Source of the DNA: an uncultured Dehalococcoidia bacterium
GTDB lineage: Bacteria; Chloroflexota; Dehalococcoidia; Lucifugimonadales; CAJWER01
Reading direction: 5' to 3'
Assembly (NCBI GenBank): GCA_964342485.1
Contig: CAYFFO010000009.1
Coordinates: 516-58,703, forward strand
DNA length: 58,188 bases
In this document: positions 29,039 to 37,381 of the stretch, in pieces
How positions within the stretch are numbered: the first letter of the stretch is position 1
Layout: every line of letters starts with the position of its first letter
Program-made: the position numbers and the translations under genes
The notes under the pieces: generated by a model
The model's database searches: none
Told to the model about the DNA's origin: nothing
What the model saw: the letters and a program-made list of their open reading frames with translations, nothing else

Positions 29039-30139
29039 ATTAACGGATATATTGATATTATGATGACCTGTTGCACCGTCTGGATATACCGCGCTTACAA
29101 TAGGGGTCTGGATAACACCATCTAAGTCTCTAGCTCGGACAGATATAGTCATGTCACCGGTTACAGTAGGAGTGTAGTTGGTTTCCCAATTAATCCATGT
29201 GAAAGGTGATAGAGGCCTGCTCATAAGGTCAACTGGATCCCACTTTTCACCTCCATCGTAACTAAGTTCCACCATTGAAATCCCTCTATCTCCAGAGTAA
29301 GCTATTCCTGAAACAGCTATATCTTTGAGTTTGTGAGTTGAGTTATGGATTGGAGTAATAATCTTTGACATAGTCTTGATAATAGGATAATTCGTTCGTC
29401 CTCGACTTTCCCAGTATCCTAGAAAATGTTCATCGATCGCATGTATTTTTGTAAGCCATTTAACGCTTTTATAGCCATAAAATCCTGGAATTAACAATCT
29501 CAAAGGGAAACCGTGTTCTCTAGTTAATGGTTCAGAATTCATTTCGTAAACCAAAAAAGCATCACCATCCATAGCTCTACTGAAAGATATAGAGTTGTTA
29601 AAGCCGTCATCTGCTTCAAATAAAATATTCTTGGTTTCATTTACAATTCCAGATTCCTCCAGAATATGATTTAAGGATATCCCTTTCCATCTGGCATTCC
29701 CAATTAGGTTTCCTCCAATTGGATTACCGATACATTCGAGCGTTACGAATTCTTCAGAAGATTGGAAACCAATTATATCTTGGTAATTTAGTGATAATTG
29801 CCTGTCAACCATGCCATCTACAGTAAGTTTCCATTCATTCATGGTTATATCTGGAACAGTTTCATCCTTAGAAACTTTATAAAATTCTTCAGTAGGTGTA
29901 ATTTGTGTAATTAATTTACGTTTTGATTGAGTGCTACCATCTTTTACTTTAGGATTACTTAGCCCAAATTTAAGAGCTATCGCTAATAGTCCTGCCACGA
30001 ACGCTAAACTAAAAAAACGAGTGATAAATGTCCTGCGAGATATATTTGGTTCACTATCCAATTTGAAGAAACGGAGCAATTTTGTTTTGCCAAACAAATA
30101 GAGAACGTATTTCGCAGCTGTTTTTAATCGCATATACAT
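29033..30139 (-). CDS. Molybdopterin-dependent oxidoreductase, sulfite oxidase family, with Tat-like/membrane anchor
   Basis: SRRTFI + hydrophobic stretch, ITP.EEFY, LECIGN (Mo-Cys), GNARWKG, HGFPLRL.IPG.YG.KSVKWL, GYWE.RG, dimerisation domain. Confidence 0.9.
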   Translation of the reverse strand: MYMRLKTAAKYVLYLFGKTKLLRFFKLDSEPNISRRTFITRFFSLAFVAGLLAIALKFGLSNPKVKDGSTQSKRKLITQITPTEEFYKVSKDETVPDITMNEWKLTVDGMVDRQLSLNYQDIIGFQSSEEFVTLECIGNPIGGNLIGNARWKGISLNHILEESGIVNETKNILFEADDGFNNSISFSRAMDGDAFLVYEMNSEPLTREHGFPLRLLIPGFYGYKSVKWLTKIHAIDEHFLGYWESRGRTNYPIIKTMSKIITPIHNSTHKLKDIAVSGIAYSGDRGISMVELSYDGGEKWDPVDLMSRPLSPFTWINWETNYTPTVTGDMTISVRARDLDGVIQTPIVSAVYPDGATGHHNINISVNL

Positions 30140-30315
30140 TGATTCTAGATATCTATTAAGAATTGCGATCCCTCTATTTTACAGGTCAAAACCCTTTGAA
30201 ATACGATCTAACCGATTACTAAATCAATGACCTGAATAAGCATGTAAATACCATTAAAATCCGATGTTTTATATTCATCTATAGTCAGTTTTGAGACTCA
30301 TAATTCTATAAGGTT

Positions 30316-31458
30316 TTATAGCAGTGCTGGGCTGTTATCATTATTAATTGGATTACCTCTTCTCCAATCTATTGGTGGGTATTTGAGTAAAGCATCTTCG
30401 TCAATATCTAAACCCCAGCCTGGAGTTTCAGGAATTTCTAAATGCCCATCTACAGGAATCCATGGATTTTTCACGAACTCACTCCATCGGCCTTTATCAT
30501 GTGGTTTGTATTCTAATATTAGAAAATTGTTTATAGATGCAGCGAAATGGACATTTATTGCCCCCGCGAGTGGCCCCATCGGATTGTGGGGTGCAACTGC
30601 TATATTATATCCTTCAGCAATGGCTGCGATCTTTTTCATCTCTAACAGTCCTCCGCAAATACATACGTCAGGCTGAATTATATCCGCAGCATCGGACCTT
30701 ATAAGGTCATTGAATTGAAATTTTGTGAAGAGGGCTTCACCAGTAGCAATTGGTATAGGTGATAACTTTTTTACCCAACTCATTTCACGAATATTTTCAG
30801 GTCTGATGGCTTCTTCAAAAAACATTGGTCGGAATTTTGATATAGCTTTGGCTAGCTCTACAGCTTTACGTGGTTCAAAGATTTTTGCATGCACGTCAAT
30901 ACCTATGTCAATATCCTCACCTACAGATTGTCTAACTGTCCCAAGAAATTTTGGCCCGTCTTCGATAACTCTGTTCCATGGTAGTAGATGGTTGTCAGGT
31001 GGAAATGGGCTCATTTTTAGGGAGGTATATCCGTATTGTTTGATTAAATGTTTTGCCAATTCAGATGCTTCTTTTGGTGATTTACCTGAACAACCCTGAT
31101 AAACGCGGACTCTGTCTCGCATTTTTCCGCCTAGCAGTTTATAAACCGGTAACCCTAGATCTTTTGCGGAGATATCCCATAAAGTGTGTTCAATCCCACT
31201 TATCGCGGCAAGACCAATGGATCCAGGAGGAAATCGTAATCCTTGATATATGGTGGCCCATAGTCGCTCAATGTCTCTTGGATCTTCACCAATAATCCAG
31301 TGTTTCAAGTGGTCTATCGTGGATGAAACTGCTTGATCAGGTCCAACACTAAATGCTTCACCCCAGCCAGTGATACCTTTATCAGTTTTCGTTTTTACAA
31401 ATATTATATTTCTGCCCCCACCATCTACAATATGGCAAGAAATATCTATTATTTTCAT
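30316..31458 (-). CDS. dgoD: Galactonate dehydratase-like (mandelate racemase/enolase superfamily), copy 1
   Basis: ITGWGE, ISGIE..LWDI..K.LG.PVY.LLGG..RD, LK, DVH, FEE, TGE, QPD, APHNP, ILE. Confidence 0.8.
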   Translation of the reverse strand: MKIIDISCHIVDGGGRNIIFVKTKTDKGITGWGEAFSVGPDQAVSSTIDHLKHWIIGEDPRDIERLWATIYQGLRFPPGSIGLAAISGIEHTLWDISAKDLGLPVYKLLGGKMRDRVRVYQGCSGKSPKEASELAKHLIKQYGYTSLKMSPFPPDNHLLPWNRVIEDGPKFLGTVRQSVGEDIDIGIDVHAKIFEPRKAVELAKAISKFRPMFFEEAIRPENIREMSWVKKLSPIPIATGEALFTKFQFNDLIRSDAADIIQPDVCICGGLLEMKKIAAIAEGYNIAVAPHNPMGPLAGAINVHFAASINNFLILEYKPHDKGRWSEFVKNPWIPVDGHLEIPETPGWGLDIDEDALLKYPPIDWRRGNPINNDNSPALL

Positions 31459-31495
31459 AAATGTTTTACCTGATTTTTACAAATCGAATTCATTG

Positions 31496-32638
31496 CTAAA
31501 TATACCCGGGACTAGAATCGCTGTTTTTAGGAAAACCGCGGTTCCATGTAATTGGAGGGTTTTTATGAATCGCTTCAAAATTTAATTCCATTCCTAAACC
31601 CGGTTTTGTAGGTAAGGGCATATAACCGTTCACAGGCTGCCAGGGATTATTGACGAATTGGAATTCATTTTTCTTAAGATGCTCCCCCCAGTATTCTAAA
31701 ATCAGGAAGTTAGGAGTTGAAGCCGCAAAGTGTGTTGATACTGCTGTAGATATTGACCCCAACGGATTGTGTGGTGCGATTGAAACGTAATTTGCCTCTG
31801 CAAGGGCAGCTATCTTCTTGGCCTCTGACAGGCCACCACCAGAACACAAATCAGGCTGGATAATGTCGACTCCAGAATTATCAATAAGGGAAACAAATTG
31901 ATTTAGGCTGAATAAATTCTCGCCTGTAGCAACTGGAATATTAATTCCGTCTCTGATTTTATTAAATGAAGGAAAATGTTCTGGCCTGACCGGTTCTTCG
32001 ATAAACATCAATCGAAAGGGTTCAAGAACTGCTGCAAGTTCTTTAGCACGAAAAGGTTCAGCGAGAGTCGCATGGATATCTACACCAATGTCAATGTCTA
32101 TACCTACAGCATCTCGTAGTGCGCTCAGTCTGTTTTCAGCGTGTTTTAATACAGAAGCCCATGGCAATGTTCTCCAGTTTGAAGAATAAGGACTGGTTTT
32201 TAGGGCTGTGTATCCTTGTTCAATCAATCTTATTCCATTTTCAGCCAGTTTTTCAGGATTATCTCCATGCGCCCCATGGTATAGCCGTACCTTGTCTCTG
32301 TGTTTACCTCCTAGGAGCATATAAACTGGCACTCCAAGTGTTTTACCCATTATGTCCCAAAGAGCATGGTCTATACCTGATAGTGCAGCCCAGCCGACAG
32401 ATCCCAAAGGGAAACGCATGGAATTACGGGCCCGTCTCAACAACCATTCAATCCTCGATGGGTCTTGGCCAATAAACCAAGGTTTGATGGAGTGGATCAT
32501 ACCAAGAACACTTTCGTCTGGACCAACGGTATAAGGTTCCCCGACACCAACTATTGATTCGTCGGTCAATATCTGTAAAAAGATATTGTTCCGTTTTCCA
32601 TCAGAACAGTGGAATGTCTCAATTTCTGTGATTTTCAC
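31496..32638 (-). CDS. dgoD: Galactonate dehydratase-like (mandelate racemase/enolase superfamily), copy 2
   Basis: Same catalytic motif set (DIH, IEE, TGE, APHNP) and same length, 380 aa. Confidence 0.8.
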   Translation of the reverse strand: MKITEIETFHCSDGKRNNIFLQILTDESIVGVGEPYTVGPDESVLGMIHSIKPWFIGQDPSRIEWLLRRARNSMRFPLGSVGWAALSGIDHALWDIMGKTLGVPVYMLLGGKHRDKVRLYHGAHGDNPEKLAENGIRLIEQGYTALKTSPYSSNWRTLPWASVLKHAENRLSALRDAVGIDIDIGVDIHATLAEPFRAKELAAVLEPFRLMFIEEPVRPEHFPSFNKIRDGINIPVATGENLFSLNQFVSLIDNSGVDIIQPDLCSGGGLSEAKKIAALAEANYVSIAPHNPLGSISTAVSTHFAASTPNFLILEYWGEHLKKNEFQFVNNPWQPVNGYMPLPTKPGLGMELNFEAIHKNPPITWNRGFPKNSDSSPGYI

Positions 32639-32688
32639 AATATATTCCAGGATATTTGTTGAATATTATTCAGCCAAATTTATTCAAA

Positions 32689-33114
32689 CTAATCATCAAA
32701 ATTTCTATATAATCCACTTTCCAGTTGAGTTAAATAATTATCAATGCCTGAAGCTTCGCCAGATGCAACCAAAGTGAAACCATGTTCTCCTTTTACTTTA
32801 AGGTCGTTTGGACGTGCCAAGACTACACCTGCTGCCATTCTATCGCTAAGAGCTATATTCATTTTCCATGTCAGGACCAAATTTTCGACTGGGAGATTTG
32901 AGGTTTGAAAAACTAACTCATAGTATTTGAGGCGCCTTTTCAATACAACCGATGAAGCAATCCAAGATTGAGCCCCACCAGGAGTGGAATCAAAGTTTAA
33001 TTCCACTTCACTAGTTTTGCGATCAATTGAAAAAGATGCTTGGTGGGATTCCTTGTCTCCCGGCATTTGTATACTACCATTCAGTTCAATCGATGACCTG
33101 GTTGTTGTAGTCAT
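32689..33114 (-). CDS. Hypothetical protein (beta-rich)
   Basis: 141-aa ORF with AGGAG RBS, co-oriented within the gene run. Confidence 0.7.
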   Translation of the reverse strand: MTTTTRSSIELNGSIQMPGDKESHQASFSIDRKTSEVELNFDSTPGGAQSWIASSVVLKRRLKYYELVFQTSNLPVENLVLTWKMNIALSDRMAAGVVLARPNDLKVKGEHGFTLVASGEASGIDNYLTQLESGLYRNFDD

Positions 33115-33209
33115 TTAGTAACTTTCTCCTGATGCTGATGATTTCTTCTCATTCTACGATCTACAGTAATTGGCATGACTAAAAATCGCAAGCACTTTGT
33201 TAGTCAAGA

Positions 33210-34295
33210 TTAGTTCTTTCTTTTTACATTTCCACCAGGTGATATCTGAGTGACAGGGCTTGATCCTGTATAAACTACTGCTGTATTGAAAGCTTCTATT
33301 TTTTGACCGGCATTCATTTTTAGCGCTGTTCCATTTTCTATAGCCTGAGCCAGTCCTTGATTAGTGTAACTGGTAAATGGTTCTAAACCAAGATTGTATG
33401 TTCTTCCATACCAAGGGTATCCAAATCCTCCTCCAAATGACTGCCAGTACCAAAGATATGGGAATATATCTAAAGGGTATGATACTCCTAAACCAACGCC
33501 TTTCTCCTTATCAGTTATTGCATACCAACCTTCTGGCATATCCTTTATATAAGACATGTCGTATGTTCGGGCGGCTTTCGGAGGTATGATTCGTGAATCA
33601 ACTCTATTTCCTGCTAAATTCTGATTCCAGGGCCAGGGACCTTCAAATCCCTCTTTCAAAGTATTGTTGGGGTGAAAGATATCTGGATGGTTTACGATTG
33701 TGCCACCTGGAAGATCGATCACACAATTTTCATTTAGAAAAGGTTCGCCTATCGCTATGTGTTCACCCCATACCACGTGTGCTTCTTCTTCTCCTTCATT
33801 GATAATCGTTTGTGTAGTTTTTAGAACAGGAGACAATGAGTCTAGAGTGATAGATTTTTCAAAGTAGAAAGGAGTTCTATATGTACGGACGGAGCACTTA
33901 AGAGTTACAGTCTCAGGAGAATCTACGACTATCTGCGAGTCCCACGGGATTGTGTTAACTTCAGCATGTAGACCCATTTGAACGTCACCATATTGAGAAG
34001 GGAATCCTCCACCAGGAAGGACTGTTTGCCAACCTCCCTCATATTGATCTAACCATAATTCTGTTCCTGAACCGGTAGTCGGTACGAATTGTTTTGGGTC
34101 TCTTACACCCCATGGAGATCTCCATACGAAATCTGTATCTGACGGCTTATGCAAAAATTCATAAATATCTGCACCTTTATCAATAAGTACAACTACACGT
34201 AAAATCTCATTCTCGATTATTGCAGTCTTATGTCCTCGGTAAGTCCATGAATCAGAAATTCTACATCCGTAGTTACGTTCTATACGATAATGCAT
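33210..34295 (-). CDS. Galactose mutarotase-like / aldose 1-epimerase fold protein (DUF4432-like)
   Basis: ENE.LRV.V...KGADI, GGW...P, HAE, WGEH, FPYLWYW, LGLEP motifs. Confidence 0.75.
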   Translation of the reverse strand: MHYRIERNYGCRISDSWTYRGHKTAIIENEILRVVVLIDKGADIYEFLHKPSDTDFVWRSPWGVRDPKQFVPTTGSGTELWLDQYEGGWQTVLPGGGFPSQYGDVQMGLHAEVNTIPWDSQIVVDSPETVTLKCSVRTYRTPFYFEKSITLDSLSPVLKTTQTIINEGEEEAHVVWGEHIAIGEPFLNENCVIDLPGGTIVNHPDIFHPNNTLKEGFEGPWPWNQNLAGNRVDSRIIPPKAARTYDMSYIKDMPEGWYAITDKEKGVGLGVSYPLDIFPYLWYWQSFGGGFGYPWYGRTYNLGLEPFTSYTNQGLAQAIENGTALKMNAGQKIEAFNTAVVYTGSSPVTQISPGGNVKRKN

Positions 34296-34349
34296 AAAAT
34301 TGTCTCCAATCTTTCAAATTAATATTTCGAAAAATATAATGGAAGTTAA

Positions 34350-35168
34350 TTAAGTATCTAGTGCTGCAGATCCAGCAGCACCGGCCCAGGCTCCAAGAGC
34401 CATGTAACCTCCATCTATATTCACATATTCACCAGTCATGAAGCTTGCTTTTTCACTGGCTAAAAAAAGTACAACGTTGGCTATGTCAGTTCCTGTTCCA
34501 ATCCGCCCTACAGGATGAGTTTTACCCCAGTTAGCAATTATCTGATCAGTATCATCACCTTCTAAAGCTGCCGCAGTTCTAACCATTTTTGTGTCGATGG
34601 CTCCGGGACATACTGCCAGTACTCTAATATTATCTTTAGCATAATCCAATGCCATATTTCGTGTTAGTGAAAGTACTCCACCTTTACTTGCAGCATATGC
34701 TGGAACAAGATTTTGGGATTGTAATCCTTGTACACTGGCAGTGTTTATGATCACACCTCCGCCCCTTTCACGAATGTGAGGTATAGCAAATTTGGACATC
34801 ATGTAATAGCTTTTCAGATTAACGTTCATAATGATATCCCACATTTCTTCAGGAGTATCTTCTACGTTTAGGTAAGAACCCGGGGACTGGATACCAACAT
34901 TATTAAAAAGAATGTCTATTGATCCGAAAGCATCAACTGTATTGTTAACTACCTTTTGACAATTTTCTATTTTTGAGACATCTGCCTCGATAAACAGTCC
35001 TTTAGCACCGATATCTTTGATTTCATTTACTATTTTTTTCCCTTGGACAATATCGATATCTGCAATACTCACTTGAGCACCTTCTTTTGCAAATTCAATG
35101 GCCGTATTTCTTCCAATACCGTGGGATCCTCCTGTAACTACGACTACTTTATTTCTAAATGTGTTCAT
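34350..35168 (-). CDS. Short-chain dehydrogenase/reductase
   Basis: TGGSHGIG, NNVGI, catalytic S, YAASK, CPGAIDT. Confidence 0.95.
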   Translation of the reverse strand: MNTFRNKVVVVTGGSHGIGRNTAIEFAKEGAQVSIADIDIVQGKKIVNEIKDIGAKGLFIEADVSKIENCQKVVNNTVDAFGSIDILFNNVGIQSPGSYLNVEDTPEEMWDIIMNVNLKSYYMMSKFAIPHIRERGGGVIINTASVQGLQSQNLVPAYAASKGGVLSLTRNMALDYAKDNIRVLAVCPGAIDTKMVRTAAALEGDDTDQIIANWGKTHPVGRIGTGTDIANVVLFLASEKASFMTGEYVNIDGGYMALGAWAGAAGSAALDT

Positions 35169-35213
35169 TTTATGTACCTTTCGGGGAAGAGTTAAATACC
35201 AGAATTATATTGA

Positions 35214-36071
35214 TTAGTGTTTATTTGAAGAGAATATTGGTTCAAAGCCGGCTGCAGAAGTTTTTAATTCTTGAAAGTCATCATATTGGAGGTTGGAAGT
35301 CTCTTTCTCTGCTTGTACCATCCACCATAGTAGATCTGAGTGACTTGGACTTACACATGATGTGACCGGTTTCGATAAAGTCCATTTTAAAGCTCGTTTT
35401 GCCTGATCATAATTATCTATTGGACGGTACCACGCTTTATGCCACTTTTGTTCATTATTTTGCCGAACAGTTTGAGCAAGCGATTTTAATGCCAATATAC
35501 CTGTGTCAGTCTCATCTGCTTTACTTAATAATGTTTTGCCAAAATTGCCTTGATGCCAAGCCACATAATTGATGGGGAAAAGAACCGTGTCAAAGTTGAA
35601 CGATTCCAAGAGTTTAAGAGCAGCCTCTTCGCTATGTGCAGAAAATCCTATAAACCTAACGAGTCCTTGTTCCTGAGCTTTGACGACTGCTTCTAAAGCG
35701 CCGCCGGAACCGATAATAGATTCTACATCTTCATTTGTGGTAACTGCGTGAAATTGATATAAATCAAAGTAATCTGTGTCCATCTTTTTCAGGGAGTTTC
35801 TTAGGTCTTTTTCAGCGTCTTTGGCTTTACGAAATTTTGTTTTCTCTGCAAGAAAAATATTATCTCGGTATGGTTTTATAGCAGGTCCCCCCTTTTCTTC
35901 TGCTTCACCTCTACCATATGCAGGTCCCATATCAAAATAGTTTATTCCTGCATCGATTGCCCTGGCGACCGTTTCAGTTGCAAAGTTGGAATTTTCTCCT
36001 ACAAATACAATTGCTCCTAGTCCGATAACTGAAATCAATTCTCCTGTTTTTCCTAGGTATCGTTGTTCCAT
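35214..36071 (-). CDS. Aldo/keto reductase
   Basis: LGKTG..ISVIGLG, GINYFD.GP.YG, LAEK, DYFDLYQFH, IGFSAH. Confidence 0.92.
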   Translation of the reverse strand: MEQRYLGKTGELISVIGLGAIVFVGENSNFATETVARAIDAGINYFDMGPAYGRGEAEEKGGPAIKPYRDNIFLAEKTKFRKAKDAEKDLRNSLKKMDTDYFDLYQFHAVTTNEDVESIIGSGGALEAVVKAQEQGLVRFIGFSAHSEEAALKLLESFNFDTVLFPINYVAWHQGNFGKTLLSKADETDTGILALKSLAQTVRQNNEQKWHKAWYRPIDNYDQAKRALKWTLSKPVTSCVSPSHSDLLWWMVQAEKETSNLQYDDFQELKTSAAGFEPIFSSNKH

Positions 36072-36149
36072 CAATATCAAGTCCTATAGAAAATATCTGA
36101 TTTATCTCATGATACATGACTGAGGCAAGACATTCTTCAGAACTTAACT

Positions 36150-37271
36150 CTAAACAGGGTTACTTATTCGATGGACAGAATGTTCCCCATAGTCGGTAAA
36201 CACCTTGATATATCCGCCCAGATCCATGTCAAGATCTGGATCGCCGGTGTCTACAAGTAATGGTCTGTTTTTCAGTTGGAGGAGTTTGTTTTTGGCAGCA
36301 ATTACTATGAAATTGTCAAAGCCAACTGCCCTGATGACTTGAGGGCTAATTTGTTGATTGCCGCGTCCAAGTATGTGGCCCTGGTTTCCAATAATAGTTA
36401 ACACTATTTTCGTCTTTTCTAAATCAACAATATTAAGAATATCTTGTTCCGATACATCTTTGGCAAGAAGTTCTTTTCCCTTAATTACATCTACACCTAA
36501 TTGAGTATTCTCGATTCCCATAAAATCCATTATAGATTCAGTTGTCCGTCCAGGGCCTATAATATATGTCAAATTATTATCTATTTGGTTAACGAATGAT
36601 TTTGATAATGATGATAGTGATTCTATTTGTGAAATCAAAGTAGCTGTTTTCCCGAGTTGGATACGAGTGTTATCGTTAGGTACTTTTAAAAAACCATAAT
36701 GTGTAGAGCAAATAACATCATTGTTCAAATTGCTTTCATCTACATCAATTACCTTTCTAAGGTAAGTTTCAGTGATTTCACCATCAATAAATGAACGTAC
36801 AATATGTCCAGCACTTTTGGGTGTGACTGCAAAAACCCCGGATTGAATTTTCACTCCAGAAGGAACTCCCAAAGTTAATATATCCTCTCCAATTTCGTCG
36901 CAAATATCTCTAGCAGTTCCATCGCCTCCTACAAAAAGTAAAAGATCTACTCCTATCTCCTGCATTTTTGAGGCAGCAATCCTAGTATCGTTAGCAGTAC
37001 TTGGTCCAGATGCCATAGAGTAGACAAGTTCTGGTTTAAATCCTGCTTTTAAAGCGGGATATTCCCCCATTTCACGAGAACACGTTGTGAGCTTGAATAT
37101 TGATGAACTTGAACTAAGAACATTTAGGGTTTCAAAAGCGCGGTATTTAGCTTCCGATGTGGCTCCTAGGGAAATTGCCTGTTGTTGAATATTAAACCCA
37201 TCGGTTCCCTTTAAACCAACTCTTCCTCCCATTCCAGCTATCGGATTAACTATTAAACCAATATTTTTCAT
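36150..37271 (-). CDS. ATP-NAD kinase-like family protein (AcoX-related)
   Basis: IVNPIAGMGG.VGLKGTDG, GGDGTARD, GVK..SGVF, GRGNQQ, VDTGD. Confidence 0.85.
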   Translation of the reverse strand: MKNIGLIVNPIAGMGGRVGLKGTDGFNIQQQAISLGATSEAKYRAFETLNVLSSSSSIFKLTTCSREMGEYPALKAGFKPELVYSMASGPSTANDTRIAASKMQEIGVDLLLFVGGDGTARDICDEIGEDILTLGVPSGVKIQSGVFAVTPKSAGHIVRSFIDGEITETYLRKVIDVDESNLNNDVICSTHYGFLKVPNDNTRIQLGKTATLISQIESLSSLSKSFVNQIDNNLTYIIGPGRTTESIMDFMGIENTQLGVDVIKGKELLAKDVSEQDILNIVDLEKTKIVLTIIGNQGHILGRGNQQISPQVIRAVGFDNFIVIAAKNKLLQLKNRPLLVDTGDPDLDMDLGGYIKVFTDYGEHSVHRISNPV

Positions 37272-37301
37272 CGTTGCTTGGATTTAGCGAAAGTCATTTT
37301 A

Positions 37302-37329
37302 ATTGTCTAGGAATTACTTCCTAGACAAT
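37302..37329 (-). terminator. Perfect 12-bp hairpin between the Mo-hydroxylase and NAD-kinase-like genes
   Basis: ATTGTCTAGGAA-TTAC-TTCCTAGACAAT, GUAA tetraloop on the minus strand. No clear U-tract, so it may be a stabilising hairpin rather than a terminator. Confidence 0.5.
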
Positions 37330-37381
37330 GCTCACGATCAAAAAGATTATTAAGTAGATACCTATTATATCAATAAATATC

